The notes below the pieces were generated by a model that did not search any database, was not told where the DNA came from, and worked only from the letters and a program-made list of their open reading frames with translations. The position numbers and the translations under genes were made by a program. A stretch of 49,670 nt of DNA, taken from assembly GCA_035546055.1 (NCBI GenBank), contig DASZXF010000890.1:1-49670 (forward strand), given 5' to 3'. Shown here one piece after another: positions 16,842 through 24,791 of this stretch. How positions within the stretch are numbered: position 1 is the first letter of the stretch; each line of letters begins with the position of its first letter. The DNA is from Ktedonobacteraceae bacterium. Its GTDB lineage: Bacteria > Chloroflexota > Ktedonobacteria > Ktedonobacterales > Ktedonobacteraceae.

Positions 16842-17768
16842 TTACGCCAGCGCGGTTATCAACGCGGCTTCGCGGTCCGCCAGGCGCTCCAGCAGCGGCG
16901 GGAGAGCGGCGCGGTCGCTGGCGGCTGAGGCCAGTTGAAGCTGACCATAGAGCTGGCACTGTTCCCAGCGAATATCGGCGGCGCGTGGGAGTCGCGCGCG
17001 CAGGAAGAAGGCACTATCCAGGCAGCGCTGGGCCGAAACGCGCCAGCTAAAGTAGGGCAGCGAACCGATCCCAAGCTCAGGCTCGGCTTGCAGATCTGCC
17101 GCCAGGGTACGTATGGCCTGCGGGCCATAGAGGAGTTTTATCCCTCCAGGTAATACCTGTGCTTCACGAGTATAATTCGCACGAGCCCGCGCCAGCGTTT
17201 TTTCCCAGATCTCGTCCTCCGTGGGAGGCCGGCCCTGCGCGCCTATCTGCCACAAGCCATAGGGTTTGCCTGTGTAGATGTCGCGCTTCCAGGCGTCGAG
17301 GAAGTCGCTCAAGGGCAACGGCACAGAGACATAGCCGGCGGGATCATGCACCAGCACGTCATCCGAGCGCAGGGCCAGGACGACGATAGCGTGATCACTG
17401 CCATGCAGTTCGCGATGCTCAGGCATGTAGGTGAGATAGCCCATGTCGAGCATACCCGCCACAACCGGTCCGGCGGCGAGCTTTTCCGCCAGACTGGCCA
17501 GCGCGGCGGCGTCATCGGCTGCACCGGTATAAGTGTACTCGTAGTTCAGCGTGCGCAGCAAGTGCTCGCCCGCCAGGTGGTACTCGTAGCCGACCACAGC
17601 CAGCAAAGTATTTCCGTTGCGCACATAGGCAAAGCCAAACGGCTCCCCGCTGACGCATTCCAGCCAGGGCACTGGATATGGGTGCCCCTGATAGGCCAGA
17701 ACCATCTGCAAAGACCTGATCAGACAATAGCTCATCCGCCCCTCATACGGGACCATTGGAACTGCCAT
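16842..17768 (-). CDS. BtrH_N / peptidase C39-like papain-fold protein (putative Cys-His-Asp triad)
   Basis: N-terminal SYCLIRSLQMVLAYQG...GEPFGFAY, then GSDHAIVVLA and VLVHDP, which resemble the BtrH-like/DUF4872 layout. ATG 17768 with GGAGGA 6 nt upstream is preferred to the track's TTG 17795. Confidence 0.45.
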   Translation of the reverse strand: MAVPMVPYEGRMSYCLIRSLQMVLAYQGHPYPVPWLECVSGEPFGFAYVRNGNTLLAVVGYEYHLAGEHLLRTLNYEYTYTGAADDAAALASLAEKLAAGPVVAGMLDMGYLTYMPEHRELHGSDHAIVVLALRSDDVLVHDPAGYVSVPLPLSDFLDAWKRDIYTGKPYGLWQIGAQGRPPTEDEIWEKTLARARANYTREAQVLPGGIKLLYGPQAIRTLAADLQAEPELGIGSLPYFSWRVSAQRCLDSAFFLRARLPRAADIRWEQCQLYGQLQLASAASDRAALPPLLERLADREAALITALA

Positions 17769-17801
17769 ACCGGTTCCTCCTGTTTTTTCTGTCAAAAGAA
17801 G

Positions 17802-18626
17802 TTATATAACCTTAGAAATGAGTTGCAGAGGATACTGAATTTCAGTGATATAGAGAGTGGGATCGTCGGTATGCAATGGATTGCGGTGATAGATTTCGCG
17901 ACACGGCCCCATCAGGTGATAACTGCTGGTCGCAAGCCAGCGATCCAGCGCGGCATAGGCCCGGCTGATCGTCGTATATTCCCCGCGATGGATCACACAC
18001 GCGACCAGATCTCCTCCCGCCAGCCTTTCGCAGTGGACCTCAGCCATGTCGGCAGGCAGAGCTGCCACTGGCAGGCCCACATAGAGATCCAACCCTTCCT
18101 CCAGCGCACTCTCATCATAGTAGAGATGCACCAGAGGACCGGCGGGCATAAGTCCCCGCTGCGTACAGTGGCGCACAACCAGTTGCGCGAAAGGACCAAT
18201 CTCAGCGGTTGTCGCCACACAGCGGCGCAATCCGATGAGCGTTAGCGGCTCGGTGCGCTTCAAGGCCACATCATATGGCGGAACATGCTCCGTATCGGCC
18301 AGTTGTTTGACTCGCGCCAGCATACGCTGAAGGCGCGCCTGCTCCTCGACGACCAGTTGTTGCTGAGCCGCGATGCGCTGGCGCAAGAGGGTTTCAACTG
18401 TGCGCGCATCCGAAGTACGCAGCAAACGCGCGATTTCTTCCAGCGCAAAGCCGCAATCCTTGAGAGCCAGGATGCGCACAACATCGACCAGTTGCTCGAT
18501 GTCATACAGCCGATAGCCGCTCTCAGCATCAATCTGCGCGGGCCGCAGTACGCCCAGGGCATCATAGTGCCTCAACGTCTTGATCGAAACCTGGCTCAGA
18601 CGCGCAAACTCTCCAATCTTGAGCAT
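17802..18626 (-). CDS. MerR family regulator with GyrI-like effector-binding domain (BmrR/TipA architecture)
   Basis: N-terminus MLKIGEFARLSQVSIKTLRHYDALGVLRP...SGYRLY (MerR HTH), then a coiled-coil linker and a roughly 150-aa C-terminal GyrI-like region. Confidence 0.8.
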   Translation of the reverse strand: MLKIGEFARLSQVSIKTLRHYDALGVLRPAQIDAESGYRLYDIEQLVDVVRILALKDCGFALEEIARLLRTSDARTVETLLRQRIAAQQQLVVEEQARLQRMLARVKQLADTEHVPPYDVALKRTEPLTLIGLRRCVATTAEIGPFAQLVVRHCTQRGLMPAGPLVHLYYDESALEEGLDLYVGLPVAALPADMAEVHCERLAGGDLVACVIHRGEYTTISRAYAALDRWLATSSYHLMGPCREIYHRNPLHTDDPTLYITEIQYPLQLISKVI

Positions 18627-18680
18627 CTTTCCCTTTCCTTTCCTGCTGAAGCAAGCATATACCCTCCCCCCTGGGGAGAG

Positions 18681-19643
18681 TCAAGAGAAAGAGGCCAGCT
18701 CGTCCAAAACTGCTGAGATATCCCGATAAGAGCGCTCCACCATTCCGGCATGATGCAGGCGATGCTGCTCCAGACGCGCGCCTGCCAGACACTGACCTTT
18801 ATAGATCAGCTTTCTAAAGCGCTGGCCAGGACGCTCCTCCACCAGGCCATATCCCTCCCAAAAAGCATCCACTTCTGTACCTGCGTGAAGATCCAGCAAA
18901 AACATCGTCCACTCCGACCATGGATCTCCCCAGGAACTCCGATCACAATCGAGGATCGCGGTAATCCTGGGACCATTTTCGTCACATTTGACCAGAACAT
19001 TGCCCGTCCACAGATCTCCATGAAGCAAACACGGCTGCGTCACTTCATCCAACAACGCCCGGTGATCTACAGTTATGTCAAGAATCTGGTGAATATCGGA
19101 GGCATCCAGTTCTGCCTCGGCAAGATCCTGAATGATCGTTTGCAGGTGATGCACGACCAGCAGACTCCAGCGGGAAAAAGATCCGCTGTCCAGAATACGG
19201 CCAAAACGCTCGCCCTTTACAGCATGGATACTACGGGTAATACTACCAAGCTGGCGCCAGAGTTGTCTTTGCTCGTGCGCACTCAGGCTATCCGCCACCG
19301 CGCTCCATGATTCTCCTTCCATGTATGCCTGGAAGAGATAATCGCGCTCAAGAAGCTGGTGAGTGAAATCAGCCATGAGAACGTGTGGCACCAGAGGAGC
19401 AATTGAGGCAAAAAAGGGCAGGCTAGCGTACTCGTTGCGCATCAGGTTTCGCTCGCTGCGCAACTGGCGGGCAACCTGGGGACCGACGCGCAAAATAACC
19501 GGCGGCATCTCATCAATATGCACCAGATATGTATTATTGTAGAGTCCTCCGTCCAACTCTTTCACCAGTACAACCGCGCGCTCCTCGCCAAACGCTCGCC
19601 GGCACATCGCCAGCAAGTGCTCAGCGGCAAGTGGTTGCTGCAA
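18681..19643 (-). CDS. Aminoglycoside/choline-kinase-type phosphotransferase (APH family)
   Basis: Brenner motif LLHGDLWTGNVLV and metal-binding ILDCDRSSWGDP. The TTG start is uncertain because no clear Shine-Dalgarno site is present. Confidence 0.75.
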   Translation of the reverse strand: MQQPLAAEHLLAMCRRAFGEERAVVLVKELDGGLYNNTYLVHIDEMPPVILRVGPQVARQLRSERNLMRNEYASLPFFASIAPLVPHVLMADFTHQLLERDYLFQAYMEGESWSAVADSLSAHEQRQLWRQLGSITRSIHAVKGERFGRILDSGSFSRWSLLVVHHLQTIIQDLAEAELDASDIHQILDITVDHRALLDEVTQPCLLHGDLWTGNVLVKCDENGPRITAILDCDRSSWGDPWSEWTMFLLDLHAGTEVDAFWEGYGLVEERPGQRFRKLIYKGQCLAGARLEQHRLHHAGMVERSYRDISAVLDELASFS

Positions 19644-19862
19644 GGCATCGGGATCTCGTGTAATAGGAATATATTCGATAGCAAACTTTCCTTTTGTCTA
19701 TCAAAAACAGCACACACGTTCCTCAAGTATACCTGATAAAAGCGGCATACACGTATCGGAAAAATAGTAACGGCCCCGTGGGCGTTCCACACAATACTCG
19801 CCGTGACCTGAAAAAGTATCAAGCCTGTAGTTGACGCCCTGTTTTCCCAAAATGTTTTCCTC

Positions 19863-19918
19863 TTGACACATAGTTTCCCAGGAAACTATAATAATAAGGT
19901 AGTTTCCTGGGAAACTAT
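19863..19918 (+). promoter_or_regulatory. Consensus promoter (TTGACA-N18-TATAAT) overlaid by two 9-2-9 palindromic operators upstream of marR
   Basis: -35 at 19863..19868 and -10 at 19887..19892. Site 1 is ATAGTTTCC-ca-GGAAACTAT (19870..19889). Site 2 is GTAGTTTCC-tg-GGAAACTAT (19899..19918). The site centres are 29 bp apart. Confidence 0.75.
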
Positions 19919-19933
19919 ATTGGAGGAAGAGAT

Positions 19934-20401
19934 ATGAATGAGCGTTCGCCTTATCCGTTGTCGAATCTGGAGACGCATCTGGGCTACTGGCTGCGGCGCA
20001 TTTCTAACCACGTTTCCGGTACCTTTGCCAGGGCGCTGCAAGATCGGCAGTTCACGGTTGCCGAGTGGGTTGCCTTGCGCCAGCTTTACGACCACTCGGA
20101 TATCGCTTCGGCAGAATTAGCGACACGGCTGGGTATGACCAGGGGGGCCATCTCCAAGGTTCTCGATAAGCTCGAAGCCAAAGGCTTGATCGAACGCGTT
20201 ACCAGGCCGGAGGACAAACGTAGCCAGAGATTGTCCCTGACTTTGCAAGGTCAGCGCATCCTGCCAGAACTGGCGGAACTCGCGGACCACAACGACCAGT
20301 ATTTCTTTAGCTGCTTGAGTACGGCAGAACAGGAACAACTCGCGCGACTGATGCGCAAGATATCCCAGGCCCACCAATGGAACGATGTGCCGATAGACTG
20401 A
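19934..20401 (+). CDS. MarR family transcriptional regulator
   Basis: 155 aa with a winged-helix region SAELATRLGMTRGAISKVLDKLEAKGLIERV..PEDKRSQRLSLT. GGAGGA Shine-Dalgarno site. Confidence 0.88.
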   Translation: MNERSPYPLSNLETHLGYWLRRISNHVSGTFARALQDRQFTVAEWVALRQLYDHSDIASAELATRLGMTRGAISKVLDKLEAKGLIERVTRPEDKRSQRLSLTLQGQRILPELAELADHNDQYFFSCLSTAEQEQLARLMRKISQAHQWNDVPID

Positions 20402-20443
20402 GCTATGCATTGAAGGCAGAGCACTTATGAGAGGAGAACATGT

Positions 20444-20857
20444 ATGAGCAAAGCGATAGAACATCTCCAGTCCGCCCAGCAGCGGGCAATGGCTGGCCGG
20501 CCCAAAGTAGGGGGCTTTCCCTATCTGGCTGAAACTTTGCGACAGGCGGGAGTCACGCGCAATTTCTGGTATTTGCCTTCCTGCCAGAGCCTCTATGTGA
20601 CGGAGGATGGCCCGGTTATGATCCTGGGAGAACCACTGGCTTCCGGCTCAGTCGATGTGCCGCCGTTCAATCGGGATGCCCTGATTACCGCGCTGCGTAT
20701 CGACCAGGCAGGAGAAAGCACTTTCGCCGAATTCCTGGCCGCCAGTTGGAAGGCCGGAGTAGTCCGCTACGAAGTGGATTTCGCAGCACGTACCGTCAGC
20801 TACTACGGTGCTGACGGCGAGCAATACGTGGAAGCCTATCCCCTCGCCAGGATATAG
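20444..20857 (+). CDS. DUF1398 family protein
   Basis: 137 aa. FPYLAETLRQAGV and the C-terminal YEVDFAARTVSYYGADGEQYVE fit the DUF1398 pattern as I recall it. It is co-transcribed with marR across a 42-nt gap. Confidence 0.6.
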   Translation: MSKAIEHLQSAQQRAMAGRPKVGGFPYLAETLRQAGVTRNFWYLPSCQSLYVTEDGPVMILGEPLASGSVDVPPFNRDALITALRIDQAGESTFAEFLAASWKAGVVRYEVDFAARTVSYYGADGEQYVEAYPLARI

Positions 20858-20870
20858 CCCCCTTTCTATA

Positions 20871-20933
20871 CATGAGTCCTCCCCACTTTTTCTGAGGCGG
20901 CCCCAGGCGCTGGAAAAAGTGGGGAGGACTGAT
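20871..20933. repeat. Hairpin repeat family, copy C
   Basis: 17-bp perfect stem AGTCCTCCCCACTTTTT (20875..20891) / AAAAAGTGGGGAGGACT (20914..20930). The loop is CTGAGGCGGCCCCAGGCGCTGG. It starts 14 nt after the DUF1398 stop. Confidence 0.8.
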
Positions 20934-20953
20934 ATAAGCGCCCTGGCAAAATC

Positions 20954-21067
20954 AGATCCCGTTGGCGAACCCTTCTTCTCGCATCCTCGGCGCCTGCGGC
21001 GCCTCTACCAACCAGGACGAGTCGCGCAGCGACGAGGAGCCAAAGAAAGGATTCGCCAACGGGATCT
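20954..21067. repeat. Long-range 16-bp inverted repeat enclosing GC-rich hairpins
   Basis: AGATCCCGTTGGCGAA (20954..20969) pairs with TTCGCCAACGGGATCT (21052..21067). Inside are GGCGCC-tgc-GGCGCC and GTCGC-gca-GCGAC. Confidence 0.6.
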
Positions 21068-21224
21068 TCTGAGGCCGCAAGAAGCCTCATCAGGAGTGGT
21101 GCGCCAACCAGCGCATGATGTTTCAAAATCAGGGATGTTTAACATTGACGTAAACGGTAATCTTGTGATACCCTGCAAGGGGAGAGAAAATTGATATATT
21201 CATAAGCTTTGGAGATTTTTTGTT

Positions 21225-21701
21225 ATGGTTGCCGATGATGGGATGGCGCAGATGACGGAGCAGGCTCTGACGTTTACGATTGAGCAGGTGGCCGCACAGA
21301 CTGGCCTGACAAAACGCACGCTCCGCTATTATGAGGAGGTCGGTTTGCTTCCTCCCACCGGGCGGACTGAGGGCAATTATCGCCGCTATACGCGCGAGGA
21401 TGTGACTCGCCTGGAGCGCATTAAAAATCTACGCAATCTGCTGGGCTTCTCGCTGGCCGATATCCGCGATATTCTGGAGGCTGAGGATGAGCGCCAGCAG
21501 ATTCGCGAGGCTTATCGCCAGGAGACAGAGGCGAGCAGCAAAATTACGCAACTCGATCACGCTGACGAAACTATCCGACGCCAGCTTGAGCTTATTGAAC
21601 AAAAAATTACTGGTCTGGAGCAGATGCGCGCGGCGTTACAGGCGAAGCTGGAACGCCACGCACAGACGCGTCAGACGTTGCAACAGCAAAAAGATATATA
21701 A
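21225..21701 (+). CDS. MerR family transcriptional regulator
   Basis: FTIEQVAAQTGLTKRTLRYYEEVGLLPP...GNYRRYT plus a long coiled-coil tail. GGAGA lies 9 nt upstream of the ATG. Confidence 0.85.
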   Translation: MVADDGMAQMTEQALTFTIEQVAAQTGLTKRTLRYYEEVGLLPPTGRTEGNYRRYTREDVTRLERIKNLRNLLGFSLADIRDILEAEDERQQIREAYRQETEASSKITQLDHADETIRRQLELIEQKITGLEQMRAALQAKLERHAQTRQTLQQQKDI

Positions 21702-21739
21702 ACTTTTTTAGCGTTCTACATCTAGAATGGACTTCGCAC

Positions 21740-23086
21740 ATGGATCTTATCCCGGCCAAAGCTCAGGAGCAGGCGGCTCCTGAGATAGGCCTGGCGCAGG
21801 AGGCCCCTGCGCTCGTCGTATCTTCACAGCAGGCGAAAGGCCTGCTGCGTGCTTTTGTTGCCCTTCGTCACCGCAATTATCGCCTCTTCTGGTTCGGACA
21901 GATGATTTCGCTGGTGGGCACGTGGATGCAAGCAATCGGCCAGGAATGGCTGGTGCTCCAATTAACCCATAGCGCCTGGCAACTGGGGGTGGTCGGCGCC
22001 ATTCAGTTTTTACCGGTTTTACTTTTCTCTATCTTCGGCGGCGTGTTTGCTGATCGCTGGCCTAAACGCAATGTGCTGCTCTGCACGCAGAGCGCGGCTA
22101 TGGTCCAGGCGGTTACGCTCTGGATACTGGCGGCCAGCGGACATATCCAGATCTGGGAAATTTATGTGCTGGCTCTGCTGCTGGGCATCAACAATAGCCT
22201 GGATATGCCTACACGCCAGGCGTTTGTGGTGGAGATGGTGGGACGCGAAGATCTACCCAACGCCGTGGCTCTGAATTCCTCCATCTTTAATCTGGCCCGC
22301 ATTGTCGGCCCCGGTATGGGCGGATTAATCATTGCGCTGACTGGCGTGAATACGCTCTTTCTCATCAATGCCACCAGCTTTATCGCGGTACTCAGCAGCC
22401 TGGCGCTGATTCGCAACAGTGAATTGCATGCCATGAGCAGAAATCCGGCCCTCCAGGGGACAGCGGTGAAGACCCGGCAAAGCCTGGCCGAGGGCATAGC
22501 CTATATCCGCCGCTCGCCCGCTGTAATGCTGATTATTCTGGTGGTGGGCACGGTTTCGCTTTTTGGCCTCAATTTTAATGTGAGTCTGCCGCTTTTCGCG
22601 ACTGAAGTGCTGAAGGTGGGCGCGATTGGCTACGGCTTCCTTTCGTCAGCTATCGGGGTGGGCGCGCTGCTGTCGGCGCTGTGGATCGCCTGGGGCAATC
22701 GCCAGCCGACGATTCGCGGCCTCTTAATCAGCACATTGGCCTTTAGCATTTTCCTGACGTTTTTCTCGCTGTCGCAGATCTATCCCCTGTCGTTAGCGCT
22801 GATTTTGCTGATCGGCTTTTCACAGATTGCTTTCGCGGCTCTGGCCAATACGGCCATTCAGAGCATTACGCCGGACCACCTGCGCGGACGTGTGATGAGT
22901 GTGTATATGGCCTTCTTCGCGGGCAGTACGCCCATTGGCAATCTGCTGATCGGCGGCCTTGCGCTGCTCGGCGGCCCTTCCATTGCCCAGTTGATTTGTG
23001 CTATCCTGGCTCTGATATCAGCGCTGGCCGGGTGGATCTGGCGCAAACCAGCGGAGAAAGATTTTGCAAAAACAAGCCTTTTCTAA
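21740..23086 (+). CDS. MFS transporter (MFS_3 / EntS-like exporter type)
   Basis: 448 aa with about 12 TM helices. N-terminus HRNYRLFWFGQMISLVGTWMQ...GGVFADRWPKR, typical of this MFS subfamily. Confidence 0.8.
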   Translation: MDLIPAKAQEQAAPEIGLAQEAPALVVSSQQAKGLLRAFVALRHRNYRLFWFGQMISLVGTWMQAIGQEWLVLQLTHSAWQLGVVGAIQFLPVLLFSIFGGVFADRWPKRNVLLCTQSAAMVQAVTLWILAASGHIQIWEIYVLALLLGINNSLDMPTRQAFVVEMVGREDLPNAVALNSSIFNLARIVGPGMGGLIIALTGVNTLFLINATSFIAVLSSLALIRNSELHAMSRNPALQGTAVKTRQSLAEGIAYIRRSPAVMLIILVVGTVSLFGLNFNVSLPLFATEVLKVGAIGYGFLSSAIGVGALLSALWIAWGNRQPTIRGLLISTLAFSIFLTFFSLSQIYPLSLALILLIGFSQIAFAALANTAIQSITPDHLRGRVMSVYMAFFAGSTPIGNLLIGGLALLGGPSIAQLICAILALISALAGWIWRKPAEKDFAKTSLF

Positions 23087-23855
23087 GTCAGCATGGCAGA
23101 TTATCCCGCTCACACACGCCGATCAGGCGGTGCATATTGAGCGCAGTGAGCAGTTGTTACGCGAGGCAGCACCGGGTACTCCCCCGGTGCTGTACTGGTC
23201 TCAGGCCAGTTCTGCCGGACTGGTGCTGGGCTTTTCGCAGAAAGCAAGTATTCTCAATCCCCAGGCGCTGACCAGGGAGACGCTTCCGCTCTATCACCGC
23301 CGCGCCGGGGGAACGGCGGTACTGGTTGGCCCCGATCTGCTGGCCCTGGATGCGATCCTGCCGGCTGACCATCCCCTGCTGCTGGCGGACATTGTGGAGT
23401 CGTATCGCTGGTTCGGCGAGACCTGGGTGCGCGCGCTGCATCTGCTTGGCGTGGAAACACGCGTAATAGTGCCGGAGGAGGCGCGCGCACAACGTCTGCT
23501 GGCCAGGCAGGAGGAGACGCGTGAGCAGGAGGCTATTCTGCGCCGGGCCTGCTACGCGTCAAATTCTTCCTACGAGGTGGTGGTGGGTCAGCGCAAACTG
23601 GTCGGCCTGGATATGATTCGCCGGCGCAACGGCAGCCTGCTCCAGGCGGGTCTGCTGCTCAAATGGCAGACCGAACCTCTGGCCGCATTGCTCGGTCACA
23701 GCGCGGAAGAACAGGCTTTGCTGCGCCAGGAACTCCCACGGCGCGCGATAGGCCTGGATGAGCTTGCCCCGCATCTGACCATTGCGCAGATCATGCAGGC
23801 CTTTGAAATGACCCTCCTGTATCCAGATGGGCAAACGGTCGCGACCAGTTGCTAA
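23064..23855 (+). CDS. Lipoate/biotin protein ligase-fold (LplA/LipB-like) family protein
   Basis: HRRAGGTAVLVGPD (compare RRxSGGGAV) and GQRKLVGLDMIRRRNGSLLQAGLLL (compare the GxKISGSAQ lysine block). The TTG start overlaps the MFS gene by 23 nt and is uncertain. Confidence 0.6.
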   Translation: MQKQAFSKSAWQIIPLTHADQAVHIERSEQLLREAAPGTPPVLYWSQASSAGLVLGFSQKASILNPQALTRETLPLYHRRAGGTAVLVGPDLLALDAILPADHPLLLADIVESYRWFGETWVRALHLLGVETRVIVPEEARAQRLLARQEETREQEAILRRACYASNSSYEVVVGQRKLVGLDMIRRRNGSLLQAGLLLKWQTEPLAALLGHSAEEQALLRQELPRRAIGLDELAPHLTIAQIMQAFEMTLLYPDGQTVATSC

Positions 23856-23889
23856 ACTGCAAGCTTTACCAGCCGAAACAGTCGTATAT

Positions 23890-23919
23890 TTGAACTTTGG
23901 TTCTGCTTTCAGATATAAT
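23890..23919 (+). promoter_or_regulatory. Promoter for the PIG-L deacetylase gene (TTGAAC-N18-TATAAT)
   Basis: -35 at 23890..23895 and -10 at 23914..23919, about 50 nt upstream of ATG 23970. Confidence 0.5.
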
Positions 23920-23969
23920 GAGGCAGGGTTAAAAAGACTGGTAATGTTTATGAAAGAAAGTGTGTAAAA

Positions 23970-24791
23970 ATGGCAGATAGAAATGCTCCGGGAGCGCTCC
24001 AGGTGGTGACTGAGCCGGATTTCGAGGCGCTGGTCGTTGGCGCTCATCCCGATGATAATGATTTTGGCGCGGCTGGCATCAGCGCGCTCTGGGCCAGCCA
24101 GGGCAAGAAAATCGCCTGGGTGGTGATGACCGATGGCGCGGAAGGCAGCGAGGTACCTGCGCTGAATGATCAGGAGTTGATGCTGACCCGCGAACAGGAG
24201 CAGCGCGCGGCCTGCGAGGTGCTGGGCGTGCAGGCCGTGGAGTTTCTGCGCTTCCCCGATGGCCATCTGCGCAATTCTGAGGAGACGCGCAAGGCAGTTG
24301 TGCGGCTGATTCGCAAGTATCGGCCCCGCGTGGTTATCACACATGACCCGACTCAACATCTCTTCGCGCCTGACCCCAATGAGAAGCCTGACGAGACGGC
24401 ATATATCAATCATCCCGACCACCGGGCCACTGGCAATATCGTGCTCGACGCTATCTTTCCGGCGGCAGGCAATCCCCGCTCCTACCGCGAACTGCTGGCC
24501 GAGGGTCTGCCTCCCTACCGCGTCCACGAGATCTATTTCTACGGGTCCGGGCAGGATAATACCTACATTGACATCAGCAGCGTGATTGAGAAAAAAGGGC
24601 AGGGACTGCGCTGCCACGTCTCGCAGTTCGGACCAGAGGAAGATATGCTCAAAGAGATCAAAGAATGGAGCGAGAGAACGGCTCAGGAAGCCAGGGAGAA
24701 GTACAATCTCGACATGGCATACGCCGAGAGTTTCCGCCGCGTCAAACTCTACATCCCCAAGGACGAAGCTGCCGCGAAAAGCGCCGAGTAG
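23970..24791 (+). CDS. PIG-L (LmbE-like) family N-acetylglucosaminyl deacetylase
   Basis: VVGAHPDDNDFGAAG (AHPDD motif) and INHPDHRATG (HPDH motif). The stop codon lies 44 nt before the palindrome axis. Confidence 0.82.
   Translation: MADRNAPGALQVVTEPDFEALVVGAHPDDNDFGAAGISALWASQGKKIAWVVMTDGAEGSEVPALNDQELMLTREQEQRAACEVLGVQAVEFLRFPDGHLRNSEETRKAVVRLIRKYRPRVVITHDPTQHLFAPDPNEKPDETAYINHPDHRATGNIVLDAIFPAAGNPRSYRELLAEGLPPYRVHEIYFYGSGQDNTYIDISSVIEKKGQGLRCHVSQFGPEEDMLKEIKEWSERTAQEAREKYNLDMAYAESFRRVKLYIPKDEAAAKSAE

Noticed and set aside
1872-17795. N-terminal extensions implied by the ORF-track starts (1872 arginase, 3018 gltX, 8404 OCD, 8776 UXS, 13157 ybeY, 14928 efp, 17795 BtrH-like)
   Set aside because: In each case a downstream start has a better Shine-Dalgarno site and spacing. 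That start also matches where homologs begin or avoids overlapping a predicted promoter. The start choices remain predictions.
17346-18245. 299-aa ORF on the plus strand (twin 31426..32325)
   Set aside because: It runs antisense across the BtrH-like and MerR-GyrI genes. It has no motifs or Shine-Dalgarno site, and the opposite-strand genes have strong start contexts and domain signatures.
7212-20933. The repeated hairpin elements as a CRISPR array
   Set aside because: The copies are kilobases apart, separated by genes, individually palindromic and variable in length. There is no regular repeat-spacer periodicity, and no cas genes are present.
20808-21194. 128-aa (+) and 86-aa (-) ORFs over the structured spacer after the DUF1398 gene
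   Set aside because: They are built from the hairpin repeats and GC-rich inverted repeats, overlap each other on opposite strands, and have no credible start context.
16842-24791. A complete aminoglycoside (butirosin-like) biosynthetic gene cluster
   Set aside because: Only peripheral family resemblances are present (APH, BtrH_N-like, PIG-L). No 2-deoxy-scyllo-inosose synthase, aminotransferase, dehydrogenase, glycosyltransferase or ACP genes occur in the window.
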